From: Eledone cirrhosa
Taxonomy: Eukaryota
DNA length: 64,000 nucleotides
Direction of reading: 5' to 3'
Assembly: GCA_964016885.1 (NCBI GenBank)
Contig: OZ024740.1
Coordinates: forward strand, 349,556,001 to 349,620,000
Shown: piece by piece, positions 60,101 to 64,000 of the stretch
How the letters are laid out: every line of letters begins with the position of its first letter
Numbering within the stretch: the first letter of the stretch is position 1
Notes under the pieces: model-generated
Seen by the model: the letters and a program-made list of their open reading frames with translations, nothing else
Told to the model about the DNA's origin: nothing
Databases searched by the model: none
Position numbers and translations under genes: made by a program

Positions 60101-62853
60101 AATATAAGATATACATAAATTGTAGCGCATATACAAATAGATGTGTTTTGGAAGTTTGGGGAGAAAAATATAATTATTAGCGGAGTAATGCCCCCCCCCC
60201 CCCCTATCCCCCAGTTCCACCGTCCCTGCCAACACTAATAAAATACTAAAAAATATACAAACTGGGCGAAATCAAAACAACTCTGACACCTAAACAAACA
60301 CCGAAATGAAAGAGAATCATCTCAGATCCATCATGTTCCTACATAGATTCAGCGTTGATAATGCATGTCAAAGTGTACACAACGCTCCTTAATCGAATAG
60401 AAGCATGCTATATCTGGAGTACTGTTATCTGAAGAGTATAATTAGCCTTTCCGCCAACTACCCATGTACGTATTATATACACAACCTGGTCTGCTATTTA
60501 TATACACGAATGTCTCTTTCCAACAAGCCGGTGAAAGTGTCGTGAATTTCACTGTTCTGCTATTAGCTTTCTACATCGAACTAAGTTGACACAATGTTAT
60601 AATATTCATATATAGCGCGCATAGCCTAAGCAGTAAGCCTCCATATGAAATATCTGTTGATTTAACATCAAGTCAGCGCTGATCCAACAGACCTATATTC
60701 AAAAAGAGCTTTTGTTATGGCTGACTATTCTGTCTTTACGTTTATCCAGAGCCTTCCAATGCACCCTTCCCTTTTTAATGTAGTATAATCTGAGAGCGAC
60801 TTAGCTACTATTTCTAGTAAGCAGCGCTTCCACTTTGGATCTCGCCCTCTCTCTCTAGTTGGATTGTAGTAAACAGATAGAAAGGTCAAAATATACAAAG
60901 CTGTCTATTCACAGAAGAAAATACAGGTTGTGATGTTCATCAGTTTCACAAGAGAAGTATCACTGAAAATTAAGTGTAAATGGCTTCAAGCGAATTGAAA
61001 CAAGATCGTGAATTTACCTAATTTCAGTGACTGACTAAGATAAAGGTTTTACAATGATATATAGTTTCACTTAATTTCGAAAATAGAAGAGCCCATCTTA
61101 TTCTTGGTCCTTTCAATTATTCGCCATGCTTCCCATGTCTCTGCTCCTTCTCTTCTATTCAACCCTCTTGATTATGCAGTCCGAGGACATGAAGACCTCT
61201 CTAGGTGTTGATGCCACGATAAAATGCACCCAGTACACCTAGTACATCGGCTGATGTCAGGATAGGCATACAACCGTAGAAACCTTACCAAAAATATGGC
61301 ACATACGAACGCGACGAGATAATATAACTCGGCGGGGGGGGGGGGGGGGGGGCAGTAACTTCGCATAAGGACTGACTCGGAGGAATCCATGCCAGCATGA
61401 AAAGCGAGCATAAAATGTTGATGTGAAGATATATGAATTTGTGTAAACACACACACACCGTTGTGTGGTTAAGGCTTTCGCTTTGTAGCTACGTGGTTTC
61501 CAGTACAGTCCCACTTCGTGAAACTCTGGGCAAGTGTATTCTTATATAGCGTTGGATTGTGAGATTCGTTTGAAGGAAGCTGTGTGGGTGTGTGTGTGTT
61601 GTCCATACTGTTATGTCCCATGACCTAGCAGTTTGACAAAATAGAGATCGATATGATAGACTAAATCACTTGACGACTGAGCTACAGCATGGCCAGTCAA
61701 CTTCAATGAAGCCAGAAGCTCACACACACACACTTTACTTTAAAATGAGTAAGAATATATATACAGAGAGAGAGAGAAAGAGAGAGAATTGTACACATGT
61801 ATTTACCCCCATTGATATGAAAACAACGCAGAAAATATTGAGGAAAAATAAATAATGAATATTATAATCACATACACACATACATCCATCCATCCATCCA
61901 TCCACACACACACACACACACACACACATCCATCCACACACACATCCATGCACACAGAAGAAGAAAGATATCAGGGAAGTAGTTGAGTGCATTCACGGTA
62001 TGTCCTACTTTCCAAGAGCTAACCTACTTTCTGATGAGAGTTTCACTGGCAGTGTATATACAATGAGGGAGGAGAAGGAGGAGGAAAGAAAGGAGAGAGG
62101 GCGATGGTAAGAAATATGTGAACGAGTGAGGGGAAGAGGAGATGGAAAGACGAGGAGTGAAAGAAGAGAGGCCAGAGGAGTAGTAATAGTGATGGGGAAG
62201 AAGTGAGTTGTCAGCAAAGTTCACAGAAATACAATTAAGCATTTCGTGCAGTCTAAATGCATGCAAAGAGACGCAGAAAGCTAGTAACAAGGGTGAAGTG
62301 AGAGGGGGAATTCCCAAACATTACACATACTCATTCATACGTAATGCAAACGGGTACAAATAAAAGCACGCACATTACTCACACAATAATAATAATATAT
62401 ATATAAAACACACACAATAAATATATATATATATATAAATGAAAGGTATAGAAAACATTGTAGCAAAAAACCATATTTATATATATATATTGTAATCCTG
62501 TGTAGCCACATATTGGTATGTTATTATACATTCATAAAAGATTATCAAATATAGAACACCATGCGATGTGTAGAGTCAAGATATATATAACGCGCAAAAG
62601 AAAAATCACTATCAAAAACAGGAGACAATACGAAACATCGATACTGTCTCTTCAGATGCCCCTGGATGGATTAGTGCGATTTCAACGCGAAGGACAGCGC
62701 TACCGATATCCAGTGTGTCAGAAATTGTGAATAAATAACACGCTACTGATATCAATATATAAAATAGCTGAGCTAAAGGAAATAATTCAAGTGGGTCAAT
62801 AACATAAATTTGGATAATTAAATTATGAGGTGCTGAACTAAAAGGTGCGTGCG

Positions 62854-62888
<35 letters not shown>

Positions 62889-64000
62889 TGAATTAATTGA
62901 GGTTTCTTTCTTAGATTGAGATATAAAACAAAACCTAGCGATATGTAAAAAAAGGGAGTAACGGAATTTCAAGAAATTAAAAATTAATTTCATAAAACTG
63001 ATTTACATGCCTAAGGGCGAAATTTGAGCTTTGTTTCTGCAAATCATACACAAACTTATTAAACAAGGAAGGGGCGGACATTAGATATTGTATTCCAAAG
63101 ATGGAATAGTTACGGTTAGAATACCTTCGATCGCAAACATGTTCGACAGCGGTAATCTGTGATTGAACAACAACAAACAAGAAAAATAGTTCACAAAGGG
63201 AGAGCGATGCTCATGGCATTCACAGACACTATCGAATTGGAGAACTTAACGTGGTTGATATTGAATCTCGATCTTTGCCGCTTTCGTGCAAGGGAACATT
63301 TCTAGGGAAATGTAGCTATGGTAGGAAGCACTGCGAACAATTAGAGGTTCGTAGGCGAGACACAATAGGAGTGACGAGAGAACCAAATGTAGGGCAAACG
63401 GTGGTATTAAGCCCCAGGGGGAAATTAAGCACCACCACACTACAAATGCATTATAGTTATACTTGGCACATCAGCCAAGAACCAATCAGAATGTGTTTTT
63501 CTTGAAAAGGAAATTATACGAAGACCAATGAATTGAAGCGTTAGTTTCTATCAAAATTTGAATCTGCAGCTCTTCGTTGTATTTACAAAGTGTCAGATCT
63601 TCTTTGTCTTTGGTGTTCAGTTATATCCACAACTGATGTTTTCACCATTTCACTGTTTACAGATTTTAAAAAAATTGTCAGTAGTCTGTTAAAGTACTAA
63701 GGTAACTTCTTATACCTTGAGTACATGTCTGATTTATCTAAATAATAGACTCATGGGTAAGGGTAGTGTTTGTCTAATTAGATTTAATTAGGGATAAAGA
63801 AAAAAATGGCCGCCGTGGTAGTGATATTTTTTAGAATCCCAAAATCAGAAAATATACATGGTGGTTGTTATATGGGCATTGTTTTATGGGGTCGGTGGGT
63901 AATTTCTATAGCCTGACATGAATGTCATTTGAAAATGTCTGGTATCTAATGCTCATAAGAGATTTCTTTTTGTCACAAATGTTGTCTCTAGCTGTCCCAA

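Noticed and set aside
62620-62660. Minus-strand CTGAAGA with a stem
   Set aside because: GAAA and stem I are missing.

Overview
AT-rich, repeat-dense animal genomic DNA, most likely an octopod cephalopod (inferred from the SINE families, RTE LINEs and very long (TA)n arrays, not proven). One host gene spans most of the window on the minus strand: a TGF-beta type III receptor (betaglycan/TGFBR3-like). I traced 14 coding exons (53880->13242, 2244 nt, about 748 codons) with GT-AG junctions and consistent phases: orphan domains, ZP-N, an acidic Ser-Gly GAG linker, ZP-C and the transmembrane helix. The signal-peptide and cytoplasmic-tail exons were not found. The introns hold a full-length intact RTE LINE (APE-RT with a PHD-like finger inside the RT), many truncated RTE copies, an intact 5'-truncated CR1/L2-group RT, R4-like and Chapaev3-like relics, hAT, mariner/Tc1 and piggyBac-like MITEs, and two tRNA-derived SINE families. 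The long low-complexity (Y/I-rich) ORFs are microsatellite artefacts. Most notable: several unrelated short non-coding inserts in or beside TA microsatellites each carry a type I hammerhead ribozyme (4 intact-looking, 3 degenerate; Penelope/retrozyme-like), some with fold-back arms. One fold-back arm differs from its partner only by A->G changes (10 of 10), which looks like an ADAR-hyperedited RNA written back into the genome.
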